Shown here: positions 11,726 to 25,070 of the stretch, piece by piece
Position numbering within the stretch: position 1 is the stretch's first letter
How the letters are laid out: every line of letters starts with the position of its first letter
Assembly: GCA_002269645.1 (NCBI GenBank)
Contig: NIVC01001046.1
Coordinates: forward strand, 1 to 64,000
Source of the DNA: Macrostomum lignano
Lineage: Eukaryota
Length of the DNA stretch: 64,000 nucleotides
Direction of reading: 5' to 3'
Notes under the pieces: model-generated
What the model saw: only the letters and a program-made list of their open reading frames with translations
Databases searched by the model: none
What the model was told of the DNA's origin: nothing
Made by a program: the position numbers and the translations under genes

Positions 11726-12657
11726 AGAGTTAGAAATCAGAAGTTTTGACCCAAGTTAGAAAATAGGTATAAATTTATGAAATGCCCTGGCGCAGTGAAG
11801 GGCGAGGCAGAAGAGCGAAATGGAACCCCTAGATAGCTATTAGAAGGGCAAACAGAAGCAACATTAAGACAATTATTCAACTGTCAAGTCAGATATGAAT
11901 AACCGAATCTAATAAAGCCTCTTTCCATTCCAGTAAGTAGCAACACCCCGCCGCAGGCACAGTGGCGCTTAAACCGGCTGGGAGAAGCAAACCGAGCAGG
12001 GGCCCGACTTAGACAGCTATGACATCAAAAAAAGCAATCGGCCCGTGGCACGCGTCAGAACCTGGCGAACTTTGGAGGAGAATCGCACGGCCCGCCCACA
12101 GACTCCTACCCAACCCGAAGCGGCCAAGAAGGCGAGATCAACCCCAAGCTGCCTGACAACCGAGAGAAACAGAGGACTGTATAATCATCCATGGACAGAG
12201 TTAAGAGAAGGAAAACTAAGCTCTTTTTCTATAATCTTTCTATCCTAAAATTTATCCAACTCAACTCATAGATTTGCAAAACCCCGAATAATCTCTAACC
12301 CGCACACTTAGCAACCTACTAGAACAAACTAAATACGTGTAAAACTATGGGCACTGAGTCCCAGATTTTTATTGCTTAAACCCCCGCCGTTGCTAACCAC
12401 GCGAAGACACTCCACCGGCGGCGGGGGAGGTCAAAAATGCCAATCGGTATAGAATAGACGCCCATCTCAAACTGGAGCGGCGCTTCGCTTCTGGTTTGCG
12501 TGATTTCAGATCTCAACTCGCTCCACTTGTATTGGTCTCTGGCTATCCAGTTGGCTCAAATCTAAGTCTTTAAACCAATTATATTTGCCTTACAAATTAC
12601 ACAGAGCAAATATTCGTGTGATCAAATTCAGTCTAGATACTAGGAGATCCCGTCAGT

Positions 12658-13674
12658 CAGGGACGTCACCATGGATTTTATGATGGGGGGGGACAAAGCC
12701 AAGAATTCAACATGTACATGTACATGACTAAATTCCTACATTTTCATTATTTTGAGAATCGTGTTGTCAACCCTCATTTTGGCGCCGCAGGCACTCATTT
12801 TGGCGCCGCAGGCACTCATTTTGGCGCCGCAGGCACTCATTTTGGCGCCGCAGGCACTCATTTTGGCGCCGCAGGCACTCATTTTGGCGCCGCAGGCACT
12901 CATTTTGGCGCCGCAGGCACTCATTTTGGCGCCGCAGGCACTCATTTTGACTCCGCAGGCACTCATTTTGGCGCCACAGGCACTCATTTTGACTCCGCAG
13001 GCACTCATTTTGGCTCCGCAGGCACTCATTTTGACTCCGCAGGCACTCATTTTGGCGCCGCAGGCACTCATTTTGACTCCGCAGGCACTCATTTTGGCGC
13101 CGCAGGCACTCATTTTGACTCCGCAGGCACTCATTTTGGCGCCGCAGGCACTCATTTTGGCGCCGCAGGCATTCATTTTGGCGCCGCAGGCACTCATTTT
13201 GGCGCCGCAGGCACTCATTTTGACTCCGCAGGCACTCATTTTGACTCCGCAGGCACTCATTTTAGCGCCGCAGGCACTCATTTTGGCGCCGCAGGCGCTC
13301 ATTTTAGCGCCGCAGGCACTCATTTCACAGCCGCAGGCACTCATTTTGGCGCCGCAGGCATTCATTTTGGCGCCGCAGGCACTCATTTTGGCGCCGCAGG
13401 CACTCATTTTGACTCCGCAGGCACTCATTTTGACTCCGCAGGCACTCATTTTAGCGCCGCAGGCACTCATTTTGGCGCCGCAGGCGCTCATTTTAGCGCC
13501 GCATGCACTCATTTTGGCGCCGCAGGCGCTATATTTTGGCGCCCTGAAGAAAATTTATTGATTACCAGAACGAGTCACAAGGTGGGGTGGGGGGACAAAG
13601 CATTGGCATGTCCCCCCATAGCTTTTACTGGGGGGGGGACATGTCCCCCTGTCCCCCCGGTGGCGACGCGCCTG
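12658..13674. mobile_element. hAT-type MITE carrying a 21-bp tandem array
   Basis: Imperfect 14-bp TIR (CAGGGACGTCACCA / TGGCGACGCGCCTG, 11/14) with a perfect 8-bp TSD CCGTCAGT (12650-12657 and 13675-13682). Internal array TTTTGGCGCCGCAGGCACTCA at about 12772-13527. Confidence 0.88.
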
Positions 13675-14265
13675 CCGTCAGTTTATACGGTTTTCTCTGA
13701 CGGTCTGATAGAAGAAATAAAGAGCTGTAAGAACCTTAGACCGCTAGACCCACATCGTAGGAAGTGAAAACACAAACAATAAAACCCCCAGAGAAAAAAT
13801 AACGTTTTCTAACTATGTACACCCTGATGCGAATTTCTCTAGTTTCTGACGATCAAGCCTCGACAGTGGGCAGTGGACAGTGAGCCTCGACAGTCTCTCA
13901 AGCATTCCGTCATCACCCCGACGCCGTGGGCACCTTCAGCAGGTGGCACCAGATGACTATGAAGATCCTGTTGCAACTATGTCAGATTTTTCTTATCAAG
14001 CTTCAATAATGGGCAAACTTTAACTCCTGGTCATTCTCAGCTAGACTCTCAAACCGTCTATTATCACCCGATGTGATGACCTAATTAGTTAATTGAACTG
14101 AATTTTCGCCTAGAGAAAAAATTACACAAAAAAACTATCAACTTTTCTGGATCGACTCAAGATCAAGTAAAAGTAACTACATTGCTAGAAATAAAAAAAA
14201 CATCTCTTTTGGGTGTCTATAGTAGTTCTATTTTTGTCTTCTTGAAGGTACAGTCGTACAGAGGT

Positions 14266-14625
14266 GTCGGGGTGATGACGGAATGCTTGAGAGACCAGCT
14301 GAGGATGTCCAGCAGTTGAGGCTTGCCCACTGTCGAGGTTTGATCAGCAAAACTAGAGAGATTTGCATCAGGGTGTCCATAGTCACCTGGTGCCACCTGT
14401 TGAAGGTCCAGAAGCTCCGCTTGGGTGAAGTTACCAACGCAGTTACCAACCAAGTCCGAGCTGATGCAGACACATGTGTTCGACATGCTGATGAAATTTG
14501 GAGACTTGGCAAGGCTGTACTGAGGCGCACAGGGGTGTACTGAATACACTAGCGCTTATGGGAAAAATCCGACCTTCTGGCAGAATCGTCGAATATTTCG
14601 ACGCTCCGGAGGGCAACAAAAATTT
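14266..14625 (-). repeat. Dispersed repeat, inverted copy of 11331-11690
   Basis: Reverse-complement match to copy 1, with small indels. Confidence 0.85.
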
Positions 14626-14924
14626 AGCACTACAGCTACATTTGATTGAATTGAATAGCATTAAAATTTTCTATTTCACTTATGTTTTATATTGCACAAA
14701 TTTTCACTAAAATAGCCAACAGCTATAGTATGAACAGAATACTAACTTTGTATCAGAAATTTCGGAAATATAGAATTGCAAAACATGTTGATTAATTATT
14801 AAGTGTCTTAATCCACTTCACCGCTTCGGTGTGTTTGTGCGATTTTGCACTTTAATCAAATTCTTATAGAGAGTGGCGCAATTGCCACAGCACAGTTATC
14901 ACACATTCAAATTAATCACCCACC

Positions 14925-15968
14925 ACAATCACCCACCACGATCACCCACCACAATCACCCACCACAATCACTCACCACAATCACCCACCACAATCACCCA
15001 CCACGATCACCCACCACAATCAGCCACCACAATCACCCACCACAATCACCCTCCACAATCACCCACCACAATCACCCTCCACAATCACCCACCACGATCA
15101 CCCACCACAATCACCCTCCACAATCACCCACCACAATCACCCTCCACAATCACCCACCACAATCACTCACCACAATCACCCACCACAATCACCCACCACA
15201 ATCACGCTCCACAATCACCCACCACAATCACCCTCCACAATCACCCACCACAATCACTCACCACAATCACCCACCACAATCACCCACCACAATCACCCAC
15301 CACAATCACCCTCCACAATCACCCACCACGATCACCCTCTACAATCACCCACCACAATCACCCACCACAATCACCCACCACAATCACCCACCACAATCAC
15401 CCACCACAATCACCCTCCACAATCACCCTCCACAATCACCCACCACAATCACTCACCACAATCACCCACCACAATCACCCACCACAATCACTCACCACAA
15501 TCACCCACCACAATCACCCACCACAATCACCCTCCACAATCACCCACCACAATCACGCTCCACAATCACCCTCCACAATCACCCTCCACAATCACCCACC
15601 ACAATCACCCACCACAATCACCCACCACAATCGCCCTCCACAATCACTCACCACAATCACGCTCCACAATCACCCTCCACAATCACCCTCCACAATCACC
15701 CACCACAATCACCCACCACAATCACCCACCACAATCACCCACCACAATCACCCACCACAATCGCCCTCCACAATCACTCACCACAATCACGCTCCACAAT
15801 CACCCTCCACAATCACCCACCACAATCACCCACCACAATCACCCACCACAATCACCCACCACAATCGCCCTCCACAATCACCCACCACAATCGCCCTCCA
15901 CAATCACCCACCACAATCACCCACCACAATCACCCACCACAATCACCCACCACAATCACCCACCATCA
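14925..15968. repeat. 13-bp minisatellite (CACAATCACCCAC), about 1 kb
   Basis: Tandem units; source of the His/Pro/Thr ORFs 14845-15985. Confidence 0.95.
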
Positions 15969-15995
15969 CCAATTCCAATAAATAAAAACTCTGAT

Positions 15996-16331
15996 GGGGG
16001 GGTTTCACAAACTCGAAATTTCACAACGTAGAAAACTACTGTATAGTTCTTGTTATATTAAATTTTCGACGTTGTGAAATTTCGAGCTTATGAAGTTTCG
16101 ACCTTGTGAAAGTGGCTGCTATTTGATTTTTCGATGTTATGAAATTTCGACCTTGTGAAATTTCGACTTTAGGAAATCTCTTGCTAGAGTTTTCGGTGTT
16201 GTGAAATTTCGACCTTGTGAAGTCCTTTGCTAGAGTTTTCGATGTTGTGAAATTTCGACCTTGTGAAGTTTCGACCTTGTGAAATAATTTACTTTTCGAC
16301 GTTGTGAAATTTCGACCTTGTGAAACACCCC
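15996..16331. mobile_element. MITE with about 40-bp TIRs starting GGGG and an 8-bp TSD (superfamily unassigned, Merlin-like possible)
   Basis: Left GGGGGGGTTTCACAAACTCGAAATTTCACAACGT versus right reverse complement GGGGTGTTTCACAAGGTCGAAATTTCACAACGT. ACTCTGAT flanks both ends (15988-15995, 16332-16339). Internal GTTGTGAAATTTCGACCTT repeats. Confidence 0.8.
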
Positions 16332-17324
16332 ACTCTGATCTATTTCAATGCAAAGCATTTATTTAACTTTTCTATTTAAAAAAAAAGTAGCCAAATGTGC
16401 GCCATTGATATCATATGGGATGCAAAACAAATATTAATAGAATTTTTAGAGCGACAAATTACCGATGGAGTAACAGGCGTACTGTGTCGAGCAGAGTTAA
16501 TGGGGGATCAATAGTTATTGCTAATAGTTCACACATACTAAAAACAAAGGACACACGGGACAGGTTTGCACGGGTTGGCGGAATGAACAGGGGGGGGGTC
16601 ACGAAGCCACTATATGATTTGCAATATAAAAACACTTTGCAGAAATCTCTTCGGATTAAAAGTAAAGAGAAAGTAATTATTTATCTACGCGTTATATAAA
16701 TTCAAAACTCATCAAATGGGTTTATAGCTGACTTACAATGGTCTTTCAATACTACTTTAGTAATTAAGTAGGCTTGGTGTCGACTGAAGTGGCGGGGATG
16801 ACAAATGACAACGAAAATTGCCAGGCGAAGCTGCTTATAGGTTGGAAATTTACTATTAACAATAATTATGCATTTTCGGTATGAAGCATCATCTAATTAT
16901 TCATTTTTCACTATAATCTGTCAGAAATTCCCGCCGCAACTGTAGAATCAAATAGCCGTGCACGCGTCAGTTACTGTTAGTAGCGCAGCAACGAATATTG
17001 CAACCTTTTTGTTATTAATGTCTAAATTTACCAGGGAGCCCCCAACTCTAGGATTTAGGGTGGGAAATATCTGCCTACATGTAAGTCGCAGATAATTGGA
17101 CACATTATTTAAACGACTCTCATCAGCTCAGTTCATATTGATCCCGTATACAGAACTTTACATCAGTTTCCAGATCGAATACAAATTAGGCCATTTTGTT
17201 GGTGGCGGCAAGATATAGGAAATTGCTGCGTATCTCCGGACTTAACAGAGTGCGCGAACTCGCTCCTGCTGTGCACATTGGAAGCATTGTGATTCAGTGA
17301 GCGTCAGCTACATGGGTGCCAAAA

Positions 17325-18112
17325 TTGGGGTATCAGGGGGGTTGATTGGGGTATCGGTATCGGGGGGGGGTTGATTGGGGCATTCGGGGGGTTGATTGTG
17401 GTATCAGGGGGGTTGATTGGGGTATCAGGGGGTTGATTGGGGTATCAGGGGGTTGATTGGGGTATCAGGGGTTGATTGGGGTATCAGGGGGGATTGATTG
17501 GGGTATCAGGGGGTTGATTGGGGTATCAGGGGGGATTGATTGGGGTATCAGGGGGGATTGATTGGGGTATCGGGGGATTGATTGGGGTATCAGGGGGTTG
17601 ATTGGGGTATCAGGGGGGGTTGATTGGGGTATCGGGGGGATTGATTGCGGTTATCGGGGGGTTAATTGGGTATCGGGGGGGGGGTTAATTGGGGTATCGG
17701 TAATGGGGGGGTGGGTTGATTGGGGTATCAAGGGCGGGTTGATTGGGGCATTCGGGGGTTGATTGGGGTATCAGGGGGGATTGATTGGGGTATCGGGGGG
17801 TTGATTGGGGTATCGAGGGGGTTAATTGGGGTATCGGGTATCGGGGGGGGTTGATTGGGGTATTCGGGGGGGTTTGATTGGGGTATCAGGGGGGTGTTGA
17901 TTGGGGTATCAGGGGGGTGTTGATTGGGTATCAGGGGGGGGGTTGATTGGGGTATCAGGGGGGTTGATTGGGGTATCAGGGGGGGGTTGATTGGGGTATC
18001 AGGGGGGGGGGTTGATTGGGGTATCAGGGGGGGGTTGATTGGGGTATCAGGGGGTTGATTGGGGTATCAGGGGGGGGGGTTGATTGTGGGGTATCGGGGG
18101 GGGGGTTGATTG
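17325..18112. repeat. G-rich ~20-bp minisatellite (GGGGGTTGATTGGGGTATCA)
   Basis: Tandem units downstream of the NCS stop codon; G-runs could form G-quadruplexes. Confidence 0.9.
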
Positions 18113-18354
18113 GAGCAACAAACATGGACAATTGAAACCCAACTCAAATTCCCATCACATCATCTTTGCAGTTAAAATTGATCAGGTATTTTAAGTTTTT
18201 TTGCGTTTAAAGTTTCAGTACGAATAAAAACGAAGCTGAGGAGTGGGCCAAGCGAGCCGCTGTTTGAGCTGTGATGAGCTTGTGCTGCGGGTGTGATTAG
18301 TCGGAAAGTCGATTTAGTGAGGAGCTGGGGAGGCTGAGGGCGGCATCGGCCTCA

Positions 18355-21300
18355 TCACTCTGCGGGCTCGTCGGCTAGCAGCATGGAGTAGAGCTGCTTG
18401 TCCGCCAGGCAGCCCTTCATGAACTCGTCCCGGCACAGCACGCCGTCCTTGTTCAGGTCCATCTTGTCGAAGATCTCCTCCGTTCGAGCCTCCGGCGTTA
18501 TGTCGACGTTGGACTCGTCCGCGCCCAGCATGCTGTAGATTGCCTGCGGGCGGGGTGAGGGTGCAGGTGAGGGTGCGGGTGAGGGTGCGGGTGAGGGTGC
18601 GGGGTGAGGGTGCGGGGTGAGGGTGCGGGTGAGAGTGCGGGTGAGGGTGCAGGTGAGGGTGCGGGGCGAGGGCGCGGGTGAGAGTGCGGGTGAGGGTGCA
18701 GGTGAGGGTGCGGGGCGAGGGCGCGGGTGAGGGTGCGGGGTGAGGGTGCGGGGTGAGGGTGCGGGGTGAGGGTGCGGGTGAGGGTGCGGGGTGAGGGTGC
18801 GGAGCGAGGGCGCGGGGTGAGGGTGCGGGGTGAGGGTGCGAGTGAGGGTGCGAGTGAGGGTGCGGGGTGAGGGTGCGGGGTGAGGGTGCGGGGTGAGGGT
18901 GCGGGGTGAGGGTGCGGGGTGAGGGTGCGGGTGAGGGTGCAGGTGAGGGCGCGGGGTGAGGTTGCGGGTGAGGGTGCGGGGTGAGGGTGCGGGGTGAGGG
19001 TGCGGGGTGAGGGTGCGGGGTGAGGGTGCGGGGTGAGGGTGCGGGGTAGAGATGAATCAAATGACAGTTTTATTACCTTGATAATTTCTACCATCTCGTT
19101 GCGCTCGATGGTGCCGTTGCCGTCAATGTCGTACATCTGGAAGGCCCACTCCAGCTTTTCCTGCGGCTTGCCACCCGAAGTGATGTTGATAGCTAGCAGG
19201 AACTCCTTGAAGTCAATCTTACCGGAATTGTCCTTGTCGAAGGTGCGGAACACGTGAGTGCAGAACTCCTCGGCGTTGCCGTCGGGAAAGAAGCCGGAGT
19301 ACACCTCGATGAACTTCTTCTTGCTGAGCTGGCCGGAGGGACAGTCGCGCTGGGGAGTTTTTAGAAGTGGGAGGATCTGCGTCCTTGACTGTTTAACTCT
19401 GTGTCCTTGACTGTTTAACTCTGTGTCCTTGACTGTTTAACTCTGTGTCCTTGACTGTTTAACTCTGTGTCCTTGACTGTTTAACTCTGTGTCCTTGACT
19501 GTTTAACTCTGTGTCCTTGACTGTTTAACTTTGTGTCCTTGACTGTTTAACTTTGTGTCCTTGACTGTTTAACTCTGTGTCCTTGACTGTTTAACTTTGT
19601 GTCCTTGACTGTTTAACTCTGTGTCCTTGACTGTTTATCTCCGTGTCCTTGACTGTTTAACTCTGTGTCCTTGACTGTTTAACTCTGTGTCCTTGACTGT
19701 TTAACTCTGTGTCCTTGACTGTTTAACTCTGTGTCCTTGACTGTTTAACTCTGTGTCCTTGACTGTTTAACTTTGTGTCCTTGACTGTTTAACTCTGTGT
19801 CCTTGACTGTTTAACTTTGTGTCCTTGACTGTTTAACTCTGTGTCCTTGACTGTTTAACTTTGTGTCCTCAAAGAGCCACTGGTAGTAAATAATTTTCAA
19901 ATAACATTTTGTTGCTCCATCCCATTATTTCTCCGGTATCTGTGAGTCCCATCTCAGGGCTTCCTAATTAATAAAATTGTACGGCCGATCTCGCAGTCAG
20001 CTGAAGTCTCCCTGCGAGTAAGGCTGTGATGCCGCCCACAGTCATTTAGATGAAGTGCGCTGGAATAAGTGCACTCTCGACCTTCCAGACTCGCTCTCGG
20101 CTCTCGCCACCGCGTCCCCACAGTTTTAGGATTAGTCTCTTGATATATCCGCATTTACTAAATTATTCTATCTGATAGGATGCACTAATACTACTGATAG
20201 AAACTACTGTACCCTAGCTAGCCTGCGGGCACAGCAGCCATCAATCAATTTAAAGTAGCAAACTTTAATAAGGAGGCTAGCATTAGCCAGTAGACCAGTG
20301 AAAGCAAAAACGAACTTGAGGAGTGACACGAGAGAGACATGAGACCGAAGTATTAAGAAGCTGAGATAAGGAGAGGAGATGAGATGAAAAGAGAGGAAAG
20401 GAGATTTTGATACTGTTATACCTTTTATATCTAAAATGAGCATTGGCATTTCAGTGCCAGTATTTTTCAGGGCAGTAGTTTAGGTCCAAAGACAGCAACA
20501 GGATAAAAAAACAATCGATATTGAATTAAAATTCATAAAAATTCAACAAGAAGAGGAGATGAGACGAAAGGAGATAAGAGGTAAAGAGATGAGAGGAGTG
20601 GAGAGAAGAGGAGAGGAGAGGAGAGGAGAGGAGAGGAGAGGAGAGGAGAGGAGAGGAGAGGAGAGGAGAGGAGAGGAGAGGAGAGGAGAGGAGAGGAGAG
20701 GAGAGGAGAGGAGAGGAGAGGAGAGGAGAGGAGAGGAGAGGAGAGGAGAGGAGAGGAGAGGAGAGGAGAGGTGAGGAGAGGAGAGGAGAGGAGAGGAGAG
20801 GTGAGGAGAGGAGAGGAGAGGAGAGGAGAGGAGAGGAGAGGAGAGGAGAGGAGAGGAGAGGAGAGGAGAGGAGAGGAGAGGAGAGGAGATGAGAGGAGAG
20901 GAGAGGAGAGGAGAGGAGAGGAGAGGAGAGGAGAGGAGAGGAGAGGAGAGGAGAGGAGAGGAGAGGAGAGGAGAGGAGAGGAGAGGAGAGGAGAGGAGAG
21001 GAGCGGAGAGGAGAGGAGAGGAGAGGAGAGGAGAGGAGAGAAGGCAGTCTAATTGGCTGCAGAAGTGCCAGGCTGAGCCAAGTGCCTAATTTAATTGGCA
21101 AGGGGGCGCTGCCACAAAGCTGGGCCGGCGACAGCCAAGCCGCAGCCAGCGAGGAGGCCGGAGGTCGTGTCCGATCCGCTGACCTCCGAGCGCGCACAAG
21201 CTCACACAGGGTGTACAGCATGTACACACTCTACGCTTTGGGGGTTGGCCTTCATAGACGTAAATCTCTGACGTCAAGCCCCAAGGCCCATTTCCGTGTA

Positions 21301-24300
21301 GGAACCTGAATTAATTTGCCCGCGCACGGAATCGAACCCAGGCCTACTGGCCCGAGAGTCATACGCGTGGCCTCTAGAAAATGCATTTGCACACTGTGTC
21401 TGGGAAGCCAAAATTTATTGGCTACTATAATTTATTGCGTCCGCACAAAAATAACGAGGATCAGGTTGAGTCGGTGTTTTAAATACTGCCGTCTGGTTTC
21501 CTGAGCTCAGTGCCTATTGGCTAGCATTGCCAGGGTTTAATTAAATGCGTTTGGCTTATACTGATGAGCGGGCTTGGGCGTGGTGGCCGAGGCGCTTGAG
21601 GGCACAGGGGAGCTGGGGTCAGTCAGTCAGTCAGTCAGTCAGTCAGTCAGTCAGTCAGTCAGTCAGTCAGTCAGTCAGTCAGTCAGTCAGTCAGTCAGTC
21701 AGTCAGTCAGTCAGTCAGTCAGTCAGTCAGTCAGTCAGTCAGTCAGTCAGTCAGTCAGTCAGTCAGTCAGTCAGTCAGTCAGTCAGTCAGTCAGTCAGTC
21801 AGTCAGTCAGTCAGTCAGTCAGTCAGTCAGTCAGTCAGTCAGTCAGTCAGTCAGTCAGTCAGTCAGTCAGTCAGTCAGTCAGTCAGTCAGTCAGTCAGTC
21901 AGTCAGTCAGTCAGTCAGTCAGTCAGTCAGTCAGTCAGTCAGTCAGTCAGTCAGTCAGTCAGTCAGTCAGTCAGTCAGTCAGTCAGTCAGTCAGTCAGTC
22001 AGTCAGTCAGTCAGGTGGAAAGCAGAGAGGGAGAAGCAGAGGGGAAGAAGCAGAGGGGGAGAAGCAGAGGGGGGAAGCAAAGGGGAGAAGCAGAGGGGGA
22101 GAAGCAGAGGGGGAGAAGCAGAGGGGGAGAAGCAGAGGGGGAGAAGCAGAGGGGGAAGCAGAGGGGGAGAAGCAGAGGGGGAGAAGCAGAGGGGGAGAGA
22201 CGGAGGGGAGAAGCAGAGGGGAGAAGCAGAGGCGGAGAGACGGAGGGGGAGAAGCAAAGGGGGAGAAGCAGAGGCGGCGGAGAGACGGAAGGGGAGAAGC
22301 AGAGGGGGAGAAGCAGAGGGGGAGAAGCAGAGGGGGAGAAGCAGAGGGAGAGAAGCAGAGGGGGAGAAGCAGAGGGGGAGAAGCAGAGGGGAGAAGCAGA
22401 GGGGGAGAAGCAGAGGGGAGAAGCAGAGGAGGGGAAGCAGAGGGGAAAGCAGAGGGGGAGAAGCAGAGGGGAGAGACGGAGGGGGAGAAGCAGAGGGGGA
22501 GAAGCAGAGGGGAGAAGCAGAGGGGAGAAGCAGAGGGGGAGAAGCAGAGGAGGAGAAGCAGAGGGGAAGCAGAGGGGGAGATGCAGAGGGGGAGAAGCAG
22601 AGGGGAAGCAGAGGAGGAGAAGCAGAGGGGGAGAAGCAGAGGGGGAGAGACGGAGGGGGAGAAGCAGAGGGGGAGAAGCAGAGGGGGAGAAGCAGAGGGG
22701 GAGAAGCAGAGGGGGAGAAGCAGAGGGGGAAGCAGAGGAGGAGAAGCAGAGGGGGAGAAGCAGAGGGGGAGAGACGGAGGGGGAGAAGCAGAGGGGGAGA
22801 AGCAGAGGGGGAGAGACGGAGGGGGAGAAGCAGAGGGGAGAAGCAGAGGGGGAGAAGCAGAGGGGGAGAAGCAGAGGAGGAGAAGCAGAGGGGGAAGCAG
22901 AGGGGGAGAAGCAGAGGGGGAGAAGCAGAGGGGGAAGCAGAGGAGGAGAAGCAGAGGGGAGAAGCAGAGGGGGAGAGACGGAGGGGGAGAAGCAGAGGGG
23001 GAGAAGCAGAGGGGGAGAAGCAGAGGGGGAGAAGCAGAGGGGAGAAGCAGGAGGGGGAAGCAGAGGAGGAGAAGCAGAGGGGGAGAAGCAGAGGGGAGAG
23101 ACGGAGGGGAGAAGCAGAGGGGGAGAAGCAGAGGGGGAGAAGCAGAGGAGGGGAAGCAGAGGGGAAAGCAGAGGGGAGAAGCAGAGGGGAGAGACGGAGG
23201 GGGAGAAGCAGAGGGGGAGAAGCAGAGGGGGAGAAGCAGAGGGGGAGAAGCAGAGGAGGAGAAGCAGAGGGGGAAGCAGAGGGGGAGAAGCAGAGGGGGA
23301 GAAGCAGAGGGGGAAGCAGAGGAGGAGAAGCAGAGGGGGAGAAGCAGAGGGGGAGACGGAGGGGGAGAAGCAGAGGGGGGAAGCAGAGGGGGAGAAGCAG
23401 AGGGGAGAAGCAGAGGGGGAGAAGCAGAGGGGGAGAAGCAGAGGGGGAGAAGCAGAGGGGGAGAAGCAGAGGGGGAGAAGCAGAGGGGGAGAAGCAGAGG
23501 GGTAAGCAGAGGTTGGGAAGGAGAGGGGAAGAGGAGTCACCCTCGCCGCATTCCAGGCTTATCTGACCCTGGGCATCTCTCAGTCCGGACCGTGGCAATA
23601 AATTCGCCTGGCCTTAGTGACGGCCCGGCAGGGCAGGGTGGGGGGAGGGCAGCAGCCGTTAGCGAGGTGCGGCGCAGCTAGCTGTGAAGGCAAAACATTG
23701 GATCGTATCGGATGCAGGCAGCTTCAGGGGAACGAATTGGTGGTGGTGGGACGGGGGTGGACCGTGTAAAATCAGACGTATAAACTAGTGTATAAGTTTT
23801 CCTGACTACCATAAGTGACAATGACAAGAATGGTTAGGATAGTATGGGAAAATTGATACTTGATTTATGATGGGATTTTGAGATATGATTGGGAATTTGG
23901 GTGAGAAAGTATATATAATTAAGGAATGTTCAGTGAAGAGGGTAGGGAGAGGTGGGTAGAGAGAGGTGGATAGAGAGAGGAGGGTATAGAGGAGGGTAAA
24001 GAGAGGAGGGTAGAAAGGAGGGTAGGGAGGAGGGTAGATAGGAGGGTAGAGAAAGGAGGATAGAGAGGAAGGTAGAGAGAGAGGAGGGTAGAGAGGAGGG
24101 TGGAGAGGAGGGTAGGGAGAGGATGGTAGAGAGAGGAGGGTAAAGAGGAGGGTAGAGAGGAGGGTAGGGAGGAGGGTAGGGAGGAGGGTAGGGAGAGGAG
24201 GGTAGGGAGAGGAGGGTAGAGAGGAGGGTGGAGAGGAGGGTAGAGAGGAGGGTAGGGAGGAGGGTAGGGGGAGGGTAGAGAGGAGGGTAGAGAGGAGGGT

Positions 24301-24761
24301 AGAGAGGAGGGTAGAGAGGAGGGTAGGGAGAGGAGGGTAGGGAGAGGAGGGTAGGGAGAGGAGGGTAGGGAGAGGAGGGTAGGGAGAGGAGGGTAGGGAG
24401 AGGAGGGTAGGGAGAGGAGGGTAGAGAGGAGGGTAGAGAGGAGGGAGAGAGAGGAGGGCAGATGGAGGCAGTCAAGTTTGCAGGAATAGTGAGGCGGTAA
24501 TGAGCGTCAGAAAGTTAAATAAGCGAACTCTCCCCGTGACTGGGGGTGACTTGACGGCAACAGAGAAGAGTTGAAAGACGGCAGAACTGAGGAATGAGAA
24601 GAATCGCCATCAATAACAGTGAGTAGCACTATTGTTCGGCAACTCACAATAAATCCGCGGTACCACTGTTTGATCTGCTTCTTAGTAAAGTTGGTATTAG
24701 TCATTAGGAACTGCATGTCCTCCTTTGGCAGTTTTTTTCTTGGCCCGATGGCGTTTCCCAT
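18355..24761 (-). CDS. ncs-2: Neuronal calcium sensor (frequenin/NCS family, most like NCS-2); exons 24761-24648, 19349-19077, 18543-18355; 191 aa
   Basis: MGNAIG N-myristoylation-type start; [20 protein letters not shown]|[13 protein letters not shown]; EF-hands [27 protein letters not shown] and [14 protein letters not shown]. Both introns are GT-AG phase 0; ends ...ADEPAE*. The subfamily call rests on recalled similarity to C. elegans NCS-2. Confidence 0.93.
18548..19047. repeat. 12-13-bp G-rich repeat (GGGGTGAGGGTGC) filling NCS intron 2
   Basis: Tandem units between exon boundaries 18544 and 19076. Confidence 0.93.
19381..19868. repeat. 22-bp minisatellite (GTCCTTGACTGTTTAACTCTGT), about 22 copies, NCS intron 1
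   Basis: Near-perfect tandem units. Confidence 0.95.
20585..21040. repeat. (AGAGG)n pentanucleotide microsatellite
   Basis: Seen directly. Confidence 0.95.
21235..21380 (-). mobile_element. tRNA-derived SINE copy
   Basis: GGAATCGAACCCAGG is the reverse complement of a Pol III B-box. Shares TTGGGGGTTGGCC, CCAAGGC and AATTAAT blocks with the copies at 36318-36470 and 28160-28207. Confidence 0.6.
21618..22013. repeat. Perfect (CAGT)n microsatellite, about 99 units
   Basis: Seen directly. Confidence 0.97.
22018..23510. repeat. GA-rich 14-15-bp minisatellite (GAGAAGCAGAGGGGG)
   Basis: Tandem units; the same unit recurs at 25303-25706. Confidence 0.95.
23940..24455. repeat. Purine-rich repeat (GGAGAGGAGGGTAG)
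   Basis: Tandem units in NCS intron 1. Confidence 0.9.
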
Positions 24762-24991
24762 TGCTTGGCTGCTCCGAGAGTTCAGCTGAAAAATAAATGC
24801 TGTTCGCTGTGCAGGAGGGGAGCTGCCGCACTGCCAGCCTTACCCCCCTATTTATACTGCACAGGCCTTTCTGGCACCCCGTGCGTCTCTCTCCCGGAGA
24901 GGAGGAAGTGGCCGGTCTGTGGGTGCAAGGGGAGGTCCCTGATCCCCTCGTCCAATCCTTCCAATAGTTTCCCATTTGATTGGGGACTGGC

Positions 24992-25070
<79 letters not shown>

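Noticed and set aside
18498-19304. ORF suggesting an NCS protein fused to a Pro/His-rich tail
   Set aside because: It reads through the AAG|GTAAT donor at 19076 into an intronic repeat; the spliced form restores EF-hand 4.
10861-19868. Regular tandem arrays (10861-11165, 12772-13527, 19381-19868) as CRISPR arrays
   Set aside because: Units are contiguous with no unique spacers, there are no cas genes, and the DNA is eukaryotic with spliceosomal introns.
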